This document shows positions 39,827 to 49,484 of a stretch of DNA of 64,000 nucleotides, in pieces; position 1 is the stretch's first letter; each line of letters starts with the position of its first letter. The translations under genes and the position numbers were made by a program. Source of the stretch: Bdellovibrionales bacterium (GTDB lineage: Bacteria; Bdellovibrionota; Bdellovibrionia; Bdellovibrionales; JAGQZY01); NCBI GenBank assembly GCA_964230645.1, contig CAXRHT010000001.1:480001-544000 (forward strand), in the 5' to 3' direction. The notes under the pieces were generated by a model. The model was not told the DNA's origin, did no database searches, and saw nothing but the letters and a program-made list of their open reading frames with translations.

Positions 39827-40440
39827 AAATCGCCCTTCAATGCATTAAAAACAGTTTGGGCCACAATTTTATGCCCTTTTTCATTTGGATGAATGCCATC
39901 GGCGAGATTAAGCTCAGGCCGCCCTCCCACACCTTTGAGTAGAAAAGGAATAAATTTAACCCCTTTTTCTTTAGCCAAATCTTTAAACAAAGACTTGAAC
40001 TCGGTTCGATATTTTTTTCCATAATTGGTGGGCAGAAGCATTCCCGCTAAATAGACCTTGATGCCTTTTTCTTTGGCTAAATCTATAGCTTCACTGAGAT
40101 TTTTCTTAGTGGACTCCAGCTTCACTCCTCTTAAACCATCGTTCGCACCTAGAGCTAGAACAAGATGAGTGGGTTTTGCTTTTAAATGCCATTTCAATCG
40201 AGAGATGGCACTTGCAGAGGTGGATCCACTACTACCAGCTCCTATAACCTTAACCTCGGGGTGATCCTTTTCTAAAAGTTTTTGCAACTGCGAGGGATAG
40301 GCCGCCTCTTTTGAAACTCCGTAACCGGCTGTGAGCGAGTCTCCAACAATTAAAATCTTTTTTTCTTTCTCCTGGCTCCACAGACTCGTGGTGAAAACCA
40401 AGCAAAGGCTGACTATATTAATTAACATAACCCCTATCAT
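39823..40440 (-). CDS. tesA: Arylesterase/thioesterase I (SGNH, TesA-like)
   Basis: GDSL, GAND, DGIHP motifs; ybbAP context. ATG 40428 is an alternative start. Confidence 0.88.
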   Translation of the reverse strand: MIGVMLINIVSLCLVFTTSLWSQEKEKKILIVGDSLTAGYGVSKEAAYPSQLQKLLEKDHPEVKVIGAGSSGSTSASAISRLKWHLKAKPTHLVLALGANDGLRGVKLESTKKNLSEAIDLAKEKGIKVYLAGMLLPTNYGKKYRTEFKSLFKDLAKEKGVKFIPFLLKGVGGRPELNLADGIHPNEKGHKIVAQTVFNALKGDL

Positions 40441-40567
40441 AAAGCCTCCACCCTTGAGGGTCCACCTCGAAAGAAGAACTTCTCTTCCGAGTGGAGAATG
40501 TCGCTACTTGAAATGACAGGTCGAACACTTCAAGCTAGCCTCTTAGTGTTTTAGAAAAGGAGGCTCT

Positions 40568-41434
40568 ATGTCACGCAATGTGCAATTTTCCATCAAAGGA
40601 CCTGAAAAAAGCTTGGGGGATCACTTCATTGTCCGACGCTCGCTCCCCTCGAAGAGCCAAAGACTGGTTGGGCCTTTCATTTTTTGGGATCATATGGGGC
40701 CTGTCACTCTTGATAAAGAAAAACCTCTAGTGGTTAGAGCCCACCCTCACATCGGACTTTCAACCATTACCTATCTCTTTAAGGGTGAAATCACTCATCG
40801 TGATTCCTTAGGCAATGAAATTGTTATTAAACCGGGTGAGGTCAACTGGATGACTGCTGGCCGCGGGATCACTCACAGTGAAAGGTCCCACCCGGAAAAT
40901 CCAACGGAGTTAGAGGGAATCCAGCTTTGGGTAGCTTTACCGAAGGAATTTGAAGAGGTGGAAGAGAGTTTCACTCATTATCAAGAAGCTCAACTTCCGA
41001 AAATAAAACACGAAAACTTTGAACTAACACTGATTGCTGGTGGAGCTTTTGGTCAAAAGTCTCCCCTGCCTGTCTATTCAAAACTCTTTTATCTCAACGG
41101 CACAGGTTCAGGGGGAGGGCATTTAAATTTCCCAGTGGAAGAGCAGCAGCAAGGAGCGGTCTATGTCATTGATGGCGAGATCAGCGTTGAGGGTGCAACA
41201 TACGACAAGTTTTCAATGGTTGTTTTTAATAAGGGACAGGATATTCAGTTTGAAACTTTGGAGGACTGCCACTTTATGCTTCTCGGAGGAGACACTTTTG
41301 AAAAAGACCCCCACATATGGTGGAACTTTGTGAGTCATGACAAAGACAAAATCGAAAAAGCGAAGAAAAGGTGGACTTCAGGTGATTTCCCTAAAGTCCA
41401 CAATGAATCGGAATCGACACCTCTACCCGATTAA
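40568..41434 (+). CDS. Pirin family protein
   Basis: PFIFWDH, HPHIG, HRDS, MTAGRGITHSE, QLW motifs. Confidence 0.95.
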   Translation: MSRNVQFSIKGPEKSLGDHFIVRRSLPSKSQRLVGPFIFWDHMGPVTLDKEKPLVVRAHPHIGLSTITYLFKGEITHRDSLGNEIVIKPGEVNWMTAGRGITHSERSHPENPTELEGIQLWVALPKEFEEVEESFTHYQEAQLPKIKHENFELTLIAGGAFGQKSPLPVYSKLFYLNGTGSGGGHLNFPVEEQQQGAVYVIDGEISVEGATYDKFSMVVFNKGQDIQFETLEDCHFMLLGGDTFEKDPHIWWNFVSHDKDKIEKAKKRWTSGDFPKVHNESESTPLPD

Positions 41435-42249
41435 ACTTTCACTTTTCGATAGCGAGCTTCAATTCCGCTATAGACTCCAAAAAGAAAAAGTCCCATGGCT
41501 AGCAGTGTGACAGCCACTGTACTATAGCCTGTCTGACCGGCTTTATTCCAAACCTCTGAGAAACTCAGCATTTCTGAGGCATCCACCTGTAACCCAGCAT
41601 AGACGGCGGAAACTCCAATTACCATAAAGATGACAGCTCGGGCAGTGAGGCCAGCTTTTGAGACTCCATCCAAAATCTTGTGATCTCCGGGAAAATCGAT
41701 ATGTTTTTTATAGGTCTCTTTGTAAGCCTTAACCAATTGACTGATTCCAAAACCGACAACAACAGCTCCAATGGCTACCGCAATCCATTGACCATAAGGA
41801 AGATTCATCAGAGAGCCTAAGGTTTCTTTTTTGCCTCCCGCCCCAGAGGATGAACCACTGCTAGTCACGACTCCCACAATTTTAAAGCAATAAACAGCGA
41901 GGGCTCCATGGGTAAGGGCACTTATAAAGAGTCCTGTGCGGATCGCCATACCCTTAACCTCGCTTCCATGTTGGTCCACATCAAGAAGAGACTGGGATAT
42001 TCTCCACACCGAATAGCAGACAAGGCCCAGTCCAAGAATTAAAACCAGATAGAGGCCAAAAGGGGAATCACTTAAGAAGCTAATCGCCCCTTTGGAGTCT
42101 GTCGTTTTACCATTACTCCCACCCCAAACCGAGAGCAGAGCGAGTCCACCGATACAAAGATAAATCACTGCGCGTGAAGAATAGCCGATGCGAGCTGCAT
42201 ATTCGAGCCATGCTTTTTTTGTTGAAGAGTTTGTCATAGTAGATTGCAC
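41431..42249 (-). CDS. DUF1206 membrane protein
   Basis: Three internal repeats; ARIGYSSRAVIY and EARYR motifs. GTG 42249 preferred over the track start. Confidence 0.85.
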   Translation of the reverse strand: MQSTMTNSSTKKAWLEYAARIGYSSRAVIYLCIGGLALLSVWGGSNGKTTDSKGAISFLSDSPFGLYLVLILGLGLVCYSVWRISQSLLDVDQHGSEVKGMAIRTGLFISALTHGALAVYCFKIVGVVTSSGSSSGAGGKKETLGSLMNLPYGQWIAVAIGAVVVGFGISQLVKAYKETYKKHIDFPGDHKILDGVSKAGLTARAVIFMVIGVSAVYAGLQVDASEMLSFSEVWNKAGQTGYSTVAVTLLAMGLFLFGVYSGIEARYRKVKV

Positions 42250-42406
42250 AAAACCGCCTTTGTAAATAATTATAAAGAGTTGAACCAACAACTTCTCTGA
42301 TAATGGTATAAAAACAACTCGATTTTACGTAAATTGAACGCGGCTGTGGTTTCATTTGGGTGGACAAATTGTATTGTTTTTTACACAAATTGCGCTTGAT
42401 AGGTCT

Positions 42407-43789
42407 TTACTGGGAAGTGGGAGCCTCTTCTTGGGGCGACTCGTCTTGCTCTCGGCACTGACCGTTTTCAATACTATTTAAAAATTGAGGGATCAGGGCA
42501 GCAACCATGGTTTCCTCATAGACAATGCGCATGGGAATAATGCGCTCTGAATCCACTTGAGGAGTTTGGACTTCGTCCACGGGCATAGGAGTTGTTCTCA
42601 CTCCGGTTCTACGATTCTCGATTTGCATGGGCTCATTGGCTGTGAAATGGAAAGTTCTATCCATATTTTCATGACGATAAAAAGAGTTATTTTCCCCAAT
42701 AATATAATTGTGACCATTCCTTGTTGTGATAGTGCGGCCTTGACATTGAAAGGACTGATACTCTGCAACTCTTCCCCTCCACTGATTCATCTGTGTTTCA
42801 ATGGCGTAACAGGCAAGCCTTCCACTCAATCCGTTACTGGCTTGATCAATCTCGCGCAAAAACTGCTCAGGGTTAACAATGGCCTGCTCGATATCTTTTT
42901 TAAAAACATTGAGAAGTGAATTCCCCGATCGCCCCACACAGTCTTCAATACTCCGTCCTTGGCTTTGATTAAGAGCTTCACTTCCACATTGATCGTCATA
43001 CATGACAGCAAGAATTATAGGTTTTGTGGTAGCAGATAAAGCATGGACAAGCCCGAACAAAGACCAAAATCTTAATCCGACTCGTGCAGCAAGGGCCCCA
43101 ATTTCTGCTTGTTTAAATAACATCAAGTTAACGCCTACGTTGGAAACCACAGAGTCAATAACCATAGGCGTTCCAATACGTGCCACAGGATCAGTGACAC
43201 TGAGTCCTCGATTAAAAGTGCCCACAAAACTGTAACGTGGTGTGGAGGCTCTGATGTTACCTAGATCTTCTACAACATTGGCACAGTTATTTTGATCAAA
43301 GCATCGGGTGATTCGATTGAGAAGCCGCAAATCATGGCGACACTTGCTGACTTCTAAATCAGTCAGAGGTGTTCGAAGCTGCTCTCTTAGACTAGGGTGA
43401 TTGGCACACTCTCGCACATTTTCTGCTAAGTTCTCTGAGCCAAAACTCGACATCACTTCTAAAGCTCTAGCCAGTGGTGTGGAAATGGGCTGTAAAATCT
43501 CGCGACGGGGGGATTGATTGCTACGAATAGAAGGCTCGCCAAAATCGTTATTCACAATTAACTGACGATGTCCCTGTGAGTTCTCTAAAAAATACTGCCC
43601 CGTCTGAGAATTAAAGATCAACTGCTGATCGGGACGATGGGAATACCGAAAAATACGAGATTGATTGGAAACTGTGAATCGGAATTCTTGAGAATCACTT
43701 ATCAGCTTAATACTTCTAGCGCTTTCACATTCAAGGGAAACATCCGCCAAAACAGGTTGGATATAAAGGAAGAACAAGATTGAAATCAT
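42407..43789 (-). CDS. Secreted hypothetical protein
   Basis: Signal peptide, many Cys, central hydrophobic hairpin. Confidence 0.75.
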   Translation of the reverse strand: MISILFFLYIQPVLADVSLECESARSIKLISDSQEFRFTVSNQSRIFRYSHRPDQQLIFNSQTGQYFLENSQGHRQLIVNNDFGEPSIRSNQSPRREILQPISTPLARALEVMSSFGSENLAENVRECANHPSLREQLRTPLTDLEVSKCRHDLRLLNRITRCFDQNNCANVVEDLGNIRASTPRYSFVGTFNRGLSVTDPVARIGTPMVIDSVVSNVGVNLMLFKQAEIGALAARVGLRFWSLFGLVHALSATTKPIILAVMYDDQCGSEALNQSQGRSIEDCVGRSGNSLLNVFKKDIEQAIVNPEQFLREIDQASNGLSGRLACYAIETQMNQWRGRVAEYQSFQCQGRTITTRNGHNYIIGENNSFYRHENMDRTFHFTANEPMQIENRRTGVRTTPMPVDEVQTPQVDSERIIPMRIVYEETMVAALIPQFLNSIENGQCREQDESPQEEAPTSQ

Positions 43790-43798
43790 TTAATTTAC

Positions 43799-44995
43799 TT
43801 AACCGAATCGATAGTAGCCTTTTTTAGGCACTGTTATTGTTAAAATTCCATCTTCGTAGGTTTTTACAACGGCCTCATGTTCGGCGGGTTTTTCAAGTTT
43901 AAAATCTTGGCGAATCGTCTGGGCGATATTCGTACCCACCTTTTCATTGCCATTATTGTACTCTTGTTCGTGCTCTCTAGCAGCGTGTAAAGAAATTTTA
44001 TCAGGCTGTACATGCACTCGGACATTTTTCATCTCATGCTCAGGAACCGTCGCCTTGACCTCGTAAAAAGCCTCGCCTTCTGTCATTTCAGCTCCCAAAT
44101 CGACAAGTTGATAAAAGGGATCATTTTGTCGTTCTTCGTAGAACTCAGCATTGGCGATAAAGTTTTTACGTACTTTAAAAAGCTCCTCTTCGTATCGATT
44201 TTTCTGATTCGATAAGGAGCCCTTATTCATTCTTTCGTTTTCCTGATATTTTTTCGTATATTCTTTTCTTTGCTCTTTAATCTCACCTTGAAAGTACTCT
44301 TCATCTTTATCGAGTTTATTGTGGTAGTAGTTATGCTGATTCTTTTTCACCGCTTGAAAATTTTCTCTATTATGCTCAAGCTCATCGCGATGAGCTTTTC
44401 GTTGCGCAGCCTCAGTCTGCTTATATTTATCACGGCGCTCTTTTATATTCTCCTGCCCATGCTGTTCAATGCGCTGTACTTCAGAGTTGTAGGATTTTTG
44501 GAGCGAATGAAGTCTTTCCTGGTTCTGTGATTGTTTTTTACGAGCTAAAAAACGCCCTTCTTTGTCAATATGCTCAAGCTGCTGTTCACGGTGAGCTTTG
44601 GCTTCCATGGTTTTTTTGCGGTATTGATCTCTGGTGTCTATATAGTGATCTTTTTCTGATTGGGATTGTAATTTTAATTTGATATTTTCTTGTTTTCTCT
44701 TGTGAGCCGCTTCCTGGTAATCTCTTTGAGCTTGGAGGTTTTGCTTCTGAATTCGAGCTTGGTGGGTAAGCTTCTCATTTTTTACAAACCGATCATTTTG
44801 TAACTTCATTCTTTCGAGTTGATGGTGCTGCTCATTTTGAAGCTGCTTTTTTTCTAGAGCATGCCTTGCTCTGAGCTCTTCCATGGTTTCACGGTGCTCA
44901 TTTTTGTTGCGATTGACTTGTCGCTGATGAGATTGATCCAATCGTTGCATTTGCTCGCGATGATTGGCTTTTTTTACCGAATACTCCGAAGCCAC
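43799..44995 (-). CDS. Long coiled-coil protein with C-terminal Hsp20/alpha-crystallin domain
   Basis: About 290 aa of Q/E/K/R/H helix, then YEVKATVP...VKTYEDGILTITVPK. GTG 44995 follows GGAAAGGGAA (track start 45043). Confidence 0.85.
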   Translation of the reverse strand: MASEYSVKKANHREQMQRLDQSHQRQVNRNKNEHRETMEELRARHALEKKQLQNEQHHQLERMKLQNDRFVKNEKLTHQARIQKQNLQAQRDYQEAAHKRKQENIKLKLQSQSEKDHYIDTRDQYRKKTMEAKAHREQQLEHIDKEGRFLARKKQSQNQERLHSLQKSYNSEVQRIEQHGQENIKERRDKYKQTEAAQRKAHRDELEHNRENFQAVKKNQHNYYHNKLDKDEEYFQGEIKEQRKEYTKKYQENERMNKGSLSNQKNRYEEELFKVRKNFIANAEFYEERQNDPFYQLVDLGAEMTEGEAFYEVKATVPEHEMKNVRVHVQPDKISLHAAREHEQEYNNGNEKVGTNIAQTIRQDFKLEKPAEHEAVVKTYEDGILTITVPKKGYYRFG

Positions 44996-45095
44996 GGACT
45001 TCCCTTTCCTTCCTGGATTAAGATTGATTCGTTCCTGAATCAAAAGACAATAAAGTAATTTGTCTTAGGCTTAGAATATCATGTTATCGGGGCTT

Positions 45096-45383
45096 TTAGC
45101 CTTCTGGGCCTAAATTTTCCGACTTTAGTGTGTCGGCTGTGACTGGTCTTTTGCAGAGGGGCTTGAACATACCGTAAGATCTCTTCCAACACATCCAGTG
45201 ATCAACGAGCTCAACTCTCTCATCACGACTAAGGTGATGATACTCTGGATACTGAATCCAATCCAAGGTGGAATAAACCTTACGACTCTTACCTGTCTTT
45301 TCGTTGACGATATTAAGCTCGTAAACCCGATACTCCGCCTGGACAAAGGTTAAATTGAATAAAAGCAAAAGAAACCATTTCAT
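45096..45383 (-). CDS. Small secreted hypothetical protein
   Basis: Signal peptide; STLD..QYPEYH and WMCW motifs. Confidence 0.75.
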   Translation of the reverse strand: MKWFLLLLFNLTFVQAEYRVYELNIVNEKTGKSRKVYSTLDWIQYPEYHHLSRDERVELVDHWMCWKRSYGMFKPLCKRPVTADTLKSENLGPEG

Positions 45384-45413
45384 GGCTTCTTTATCGGTAC
45401 TTAAGTTCCAACT

Positions 45414-46451
45414 CTAAAGGGCTAAATTCGAAGAGGAATAGTGGAGAAGATGACTCGAAAGATACTCAATCGCTGTTTTCAAGCTCTGATCCCTTTGAAC
45501 ATAATTATCATTTTGATAGAAAAGGTCTTCGAGGCGATTTAAGGTCTCAGATTCATCTAAACCCAATTCTTCAGAAAGGTAGTTAAAGGGGTAGGTTGTC
45601 ACATAATTATCAATATGGCTTGGAGCCACATCACCAGAAGCTTCCTTCTGAAAAATATTGTGGTGAATCAGAGCCATAATAACTCCATGATGATCCGATA
45701 AAAAACGCTCATCAATTTGCAACGACTCAAGCTGAGGTGCTGCCGCCACTTCCAAACTCTCCACATACTGATTGATCCAAGGGTCATACTCATCTCCGTT
45801 ACCAAGGGAGTGACCTAAAAGATTTTGCAATCGATTCTGGCGATTAATAAAAACCAATCGTCTCATAGCCGAATGAAAGCCCTCATGAGCAACAATCAAA
45901 TTATCATCAAAATTAGAAGGACGATAAACTTCATACACAACTCCCACATCAGCCATAATACTCGAAAGCGCCGAATTCTTAGGAGAAGCTTTCACATCCA
46001 CCATTTTATCGGAAATAAAAGCAGGCACATTCTCACTCCCATACTGCGATAATAGCGCTCCTTGAAATAAAAGTGTGGAAGCGTCCTCATGAAGCGCAAT
46101 CTGCACCTCCCGCCGAGCCACCCGGTTCATTTCAATTCTCAAAGAAGGTCTCACCCCGCTTTCAAAAAAATAATCAAAAAGCTCATCTTCCAATTTCGCA
46201 AGCGTAAACAAAACACTATCTTTCTGATTAAACTGTGTCGACTCCCCACGATCCCAAAGACTTTCCCGTAAAATGAAACCCTGAATATCTTCTTCACTAA
46301 AAGAAGGGTAACTATGATTCTCCAAATAATAGCGAAGCTCCAAAAACGCCTCTTCATTAAAACGAGAAAGCACAGAACTCTCTGGAACCGAAAGTCCAGA
46401 AGCCGGAAAAGCAAAAAAAATGTGAATTAAAATGATCCCAACAAATCGCAC
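45414..46451 (-). CDS. Secreted acidic protein with HExxH motif (possible zinc metallopeptidase)
   Basis: GTG 46451 follows GGGGG; signal peptide; IVAHEGFH. Confidence 0.65.
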   Translation of the reverse strand: MRFVGIILIHIFFAFPASGLSVPESSVLSRFNEEAFLELRYYLENHSYPSFSEEDIQGFILRESLWDRGESTQFNQKDSVLFTLAKLEDELFDYFFESGVRPSLRIEMNRVARREVQIALHEDASTLLFQGALLSQYGSENVPAFISDKMVDVKASPKNSALSSIMADVGVVYEVYRPSNFDDNLIVAHEGFHSAMRRLVFINRQNRLQNLLGHSLGNGDEYDPWINQYVESLEVAAAPQLESLQIDERFLSDHHGVIMALIHHNIFQKEASGDVAPSHIDNYVTTYPFNYLSEELGLDESETLNRLEDLFYQNDNYVQRDQSLKTAIEYLSSHLLHYSSSNLAL

Positions 46452-46556
46452 TAAATACCCCCGATTCAGTGGGTACCACCCTAAAATGAACCATGGAGCA
46501 TAAACAGAACAAACCCAAAGTTTGAACATTTTACAGCGACAAGATAGCAAAAAAAA

Positions 46557-46752
46557 GGCCACGGCCGTTCTATGCATTCCTGAAATTCGAAATTATGAAA
46601 GCTTTTGGGGAAGGCTCAAGCGGCGAGCGCTGCGTATCTCGTGAAGCAGCACGCAGTGATGCATCACGGGAGACGAAGTGCACCCGTCCGCGTGCCTGCC
46701 CCAAAAGCTTTCATAATTTCGAATTTCAGGAATGCATAGAACGGCCATGGCC
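46557..46752. repeat. Long palindromic (MITE-like) hairpin element
   Basis: Perfect 48-bp inverted repeat 46563-46610 / 46699-46746 with further imperfect internal pairing. Confidence 0.85.
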
Positions 46753-46762
46753 GCCCCAATCT

Positions 46763-47080
46763 TCAATGACGAATCTTATCCTTAGTGATCATCGAATTCT
46801 CAACGATCTTAAAGTAAGCTCGGATCAAAAGCGACTGCTCATCTTCCCCAAGAGTTTTCAGAAAGTCCCTCTTCTCAGAATACTTTTTAAGACTGATAAA
46901 TTTATAAAGAACCTCTTGGATCTTTTTAAGTTTATCGATGTCTTTTTCATCCTGGTGCCTTTTGGCATCATTGAGCGCCAAGATGATTTCGTTTTTCTCA
47001 AATAAAAGGTGCATGCCCTTTGACGATTGCAAGATGAGATTGTCCATCTGCTCTAAACACTCGTAGGTCAAATCTTCCAC
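46763..47080 (-). CDS. Small helical hypothetical protein
   Basis: GTG 47080 follows AAGGAGG (track start 47251). Confidence 0.75.
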   Translation of the reverse strand: MEDLTYECLEQMDNLILQSSKGMHLLFEKNEIILALNDAKRHQDEKDIDKLKKIQEVLYKFISLKKYSEKRDFLKTLGEDEQSLLIRAYFKIVENSMITKDKIRH

Positions 47081-47277
47081 CTTCGCCTCCTTGCGATGGG
47101 TTCGTCCATGAACATGAAAATAATCAGTCTGTACTATTATTTTGAAATGAAACGCACGAGCCTTGCAAGTCCATTTATTGAGACAGAGGGAAGGCCTCGC
47201 TAAAATAGGGCATTTCATTATGACACGTTTAATCATGGGCGTAGCTTTCAAGGCGGAAAACCGGGTATCATTAGGGA

Positions 47278-48126
47278 GTGAGTCGAAAAAAAGAGAATGC
47301 GATGCCCGAAGAAGAGACGATAATTATCGACAAGGAAAACGACCTGATCTTTCATAGTGAAGAAGAGGTCCTAAAACACTTTGCTGAGCCAATTCAGCAA
47401 CTTGAGAAAGAATTTCTCAACCTGAGGACCAAAGAAGACTTCAGCGATGAAGAGGCTGGGGGGAAAGAGGCCGAACTTGAGGACCTCCTGCACTCCCCTG
47501 ACGAAGTGTGGGAAGACTCCGAAAGTGTCGAGGGCACGGTAATATACAATTTTATCAAATGTTTTGAAGACGAAGAAAACGAAGATATTTATTTCTACGT
47601 AGCCTTGGCTTATTTAGCTGATGATATACCCACTTTTGTGTTTCTCCACTTCCCTACCCGCTACGATGCTCTGTGCGAGCATTACCGTCGGGGTGATCTG
47701 GTTTATGACAAAACCCAAGAGGACATCGGTTATGGCGGCATTGATGGTGATGCCTTGACGGAAGGTGACGAGCTCGCCTCCGGGCTCTATAAAGCTATGC
47801 TGATCGTAAGAAACCCCAACGATATTGATGAGGAGCTCTTTAAAAACTACTCAGAACTTCGTGAAGAAACCATTGAGGAAGCCGATGAAATTTGGCGCAA
47901 TACCACAATGGGGGGATACACATTGGTGACATTTATTAAAGACTTTTCACGCGCCGAAGAAGGGGCGGAAACCCTTTATTACCTGGCTGTAACATTAGAA
48001 GATGAAGGCTCAAACTCTCACGCCCTTATGTTCTCTTTTCCCACCAATGATGAAAATTTGGTGGACCGCTACCGCCACGGTGAAAATCTGCAGGCTGAAG
48101 AAGTGGTTCAGGAAAGCAGCCACTAG
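47278..48126 (+). CDS. Acidic protein with two tandem PBECR2-like domains
   Basis: Two copies of (P/A)DE(V/I)W...FIK.F...YxA...FPT.....YR.G. Confidence 0.65.
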   Translation: MSRKKENAMPEEETIIIDKENDLIFHSEEEVLKHFAEPIQQLEKEFLNLRTKEDFSDEEAGGKEAELEDLLHSPDEVWEDSESVEGTVIYNFIKCFEDEENEDIYFYVALAYLADDIPTFVFLHFPTRYDALCEHYRRGDLVYDKTQEDIGYGGIDGDALTEGDELASGLYKAMLIVRNPNDIDEELFKNYSELREETIEEADEIWRNTTMGGYTLVTFIKDFSRAEEGAETLYYLAVTLEDEGSNSHALMFSFPTNDENLVDRYRHGENLQAEEVVQESSH

Positions 48127-48209
48127 GTTCATTTGAAATTTAAGATAGTGAAATTGTTGTTTGACACTGGGGCCTAAGGATTAAGCCCGAAGGTTAAAAT
48201 CGGGAGGGA

Positions 48210-48437
48210 TTAGGTGCGCTTCTTTGAACCAAGAATTTGCTCTAGTTCAGAGTTCATAAACCCTAAACGCTGCTGTAGGTCATCGAGCATAAGGATATTG
48301 GATTTAAGCCGCTCGATGGCATCAAGCTCGATCTCCCCATCTTGATAATGCTTCGGAGCCTGATAAGAATGGCTCCCATGTTGGGGTAGAGCTGTTTCAG
48401 CTGTTTGCTTTTCGTTATCTTTCTGTCTTAAACCCAT
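48210..48437 (-). CDS. Small coiled-coil hypothetical protein
   Basis: GAGGA RBS; C-terminal heptads (LKSNILMLDDLQQRL). Confidence 0.7.
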   Translation of the reverse strand: MGLRQKDNEKQTAETALPQHGSHSYQAPKHYQDGEIELDAIERLKSNILMLDDLQQRLGFMNSELEQILGSKKRT

Positions 48438-48523
48438 AATTTTTCTTTCCTCTATCTTTGAGCCTAGGCCTATAGACTAGGCACTGACAAATTATAAAAC
48501 CTTAAAGTCTCTCATCGGAAATA

Positions 48524-49180
48524 TTAATACTCACAAGCTAGTGAAGCCCGATCCACCTCTGCTAATTCAGCTCGAAATTGTCCGTACTGTAATTTTGAAT
48601 GCATAACTGAATTAAGGCTCGGTTCATCGATATGACCAAGTCCTAACACGTGGCCTAACTCATGAATCATCAGACTTTTAAACTGAACTCTGCCCGAATT
48701 TGACTGTATGGCCACGTCATCAAAATAAAAGTTCTCTGAGGCATCAATGAGTATGTCTGACTCGTAGATAAAGTCGCCTCGAAAACTAATGCTGGTTCTC
48801 GCCTGCTCATCTTTAGCCGCTGAGTTTTCAAATGTTTCTTTAGCCACTACATAAATTCCATTGTAGCCGTCAGGAACCACTTGCCCTTGCCCGCTCAAAA
48901 TCGGAGCTGGTAGATCTTGAGTCCTTCCAATTAATTCAAAGACAGGGCGATCAAACTCTTCGTTCCATACGTTCATGGCCGCTACAATTCCGCGATACAT
49001 ATCATCGGAAATACTGTCATCTGCATAAAACTGAATGGGAAAATTCACCCATGAGACGCGACGACTAAAAGAATTTTGCACAAAGTTACAGGCCTCTTCC
49101 GCTGGCGGCGGATTGGGACAGGCGGTTAACAATATAAGAGTCGCCACTAAGAGAATGCTGTTATGTAACTTCTTGAACAT
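48524..49180 (-). CDS. Matrixin-like (M10) metalloprotease lipoprotein
   Basis: LTAC lipobox; HELGHVLGLGH and Met-turn SVM. ATG 49180 preferred. Confidence 0.9.
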   Translation of the reverse strand: MFKKLHNSILLVATLILLTACPNPPPAEEACNFVQNSFSRRVSWVNFPIQFYADDSISDDMYRGIVAAMNVWNEEFDRPVFELIGRTQDLPAPILSGQGQVVPDGYNGIYVVAKETFENSAAKDEQARTSISFRGDFIYESDILIDASENFYFDDVAIQSNSGRVQFKSLMIHELGHVLGLGHIDEPSLNSVMHSKLQYGQFRAELAEVDRASLACEY

Positions 49181-49419
49181 GTCTTTATTTAATACAAAGA
49201 TGGGGCCAGGTGGCGAGGAGGACTTAAGTTGTTGCAATTATTACAAAAAAGCTATTTTGCTGATTTTTCTCGTTTCGCCTTAAATGTCAGCTCATTTGTA
49301 ACTCTTTCAACTCTGACAAAATAGCATCCTAAGTACCTGAATTTAAAAGAGAAAAAACTGTAAAAAAACTAGACACTCAAATTCCAAGAACCGCCCCTCA
49401 CCGTCAACAAAAAGACAAT

Positions 49420-49479
49420 AAGGTGCCTGGCTCCTTTGGGTAACGCGAAGCTGCTACCAATGGGAAGCAGGTACCTTTT
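49420..49479 (-). repeat. Repeat family 2 unit plus the short palindrome AAGGTGCCTGGCTCCTT
   Basis: Minus strand reads AAAAGGTACCTGCTTCCCATTGGTAGC...GCGTTACCC, just after the hslO stop. Confidence 0.8.
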
Positions 49480-49484
49480 GGGGG

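Noticed and set aside
40507..40534. CTTGAA-N16-TTCAAG before pirin as a sigma32 promoter or operator
   Set aside because: The -10 does not match the CTCAWNTT seen at the three chaperone genes, and a single 6-bp inverted repeat is weak evidence.
46595..47005. 136-aa plus-strand ORF
   Set aside because: It starts inside the hairpin element and is antisense to a gene with a strong RBS.
49329..49347. IHF-like sites (CTAAGTACCTGAATTT and similar at 4606 and 18477)
   Set aside because: Two or more mismatches in AT-rich DNA; not separable from background by eye.
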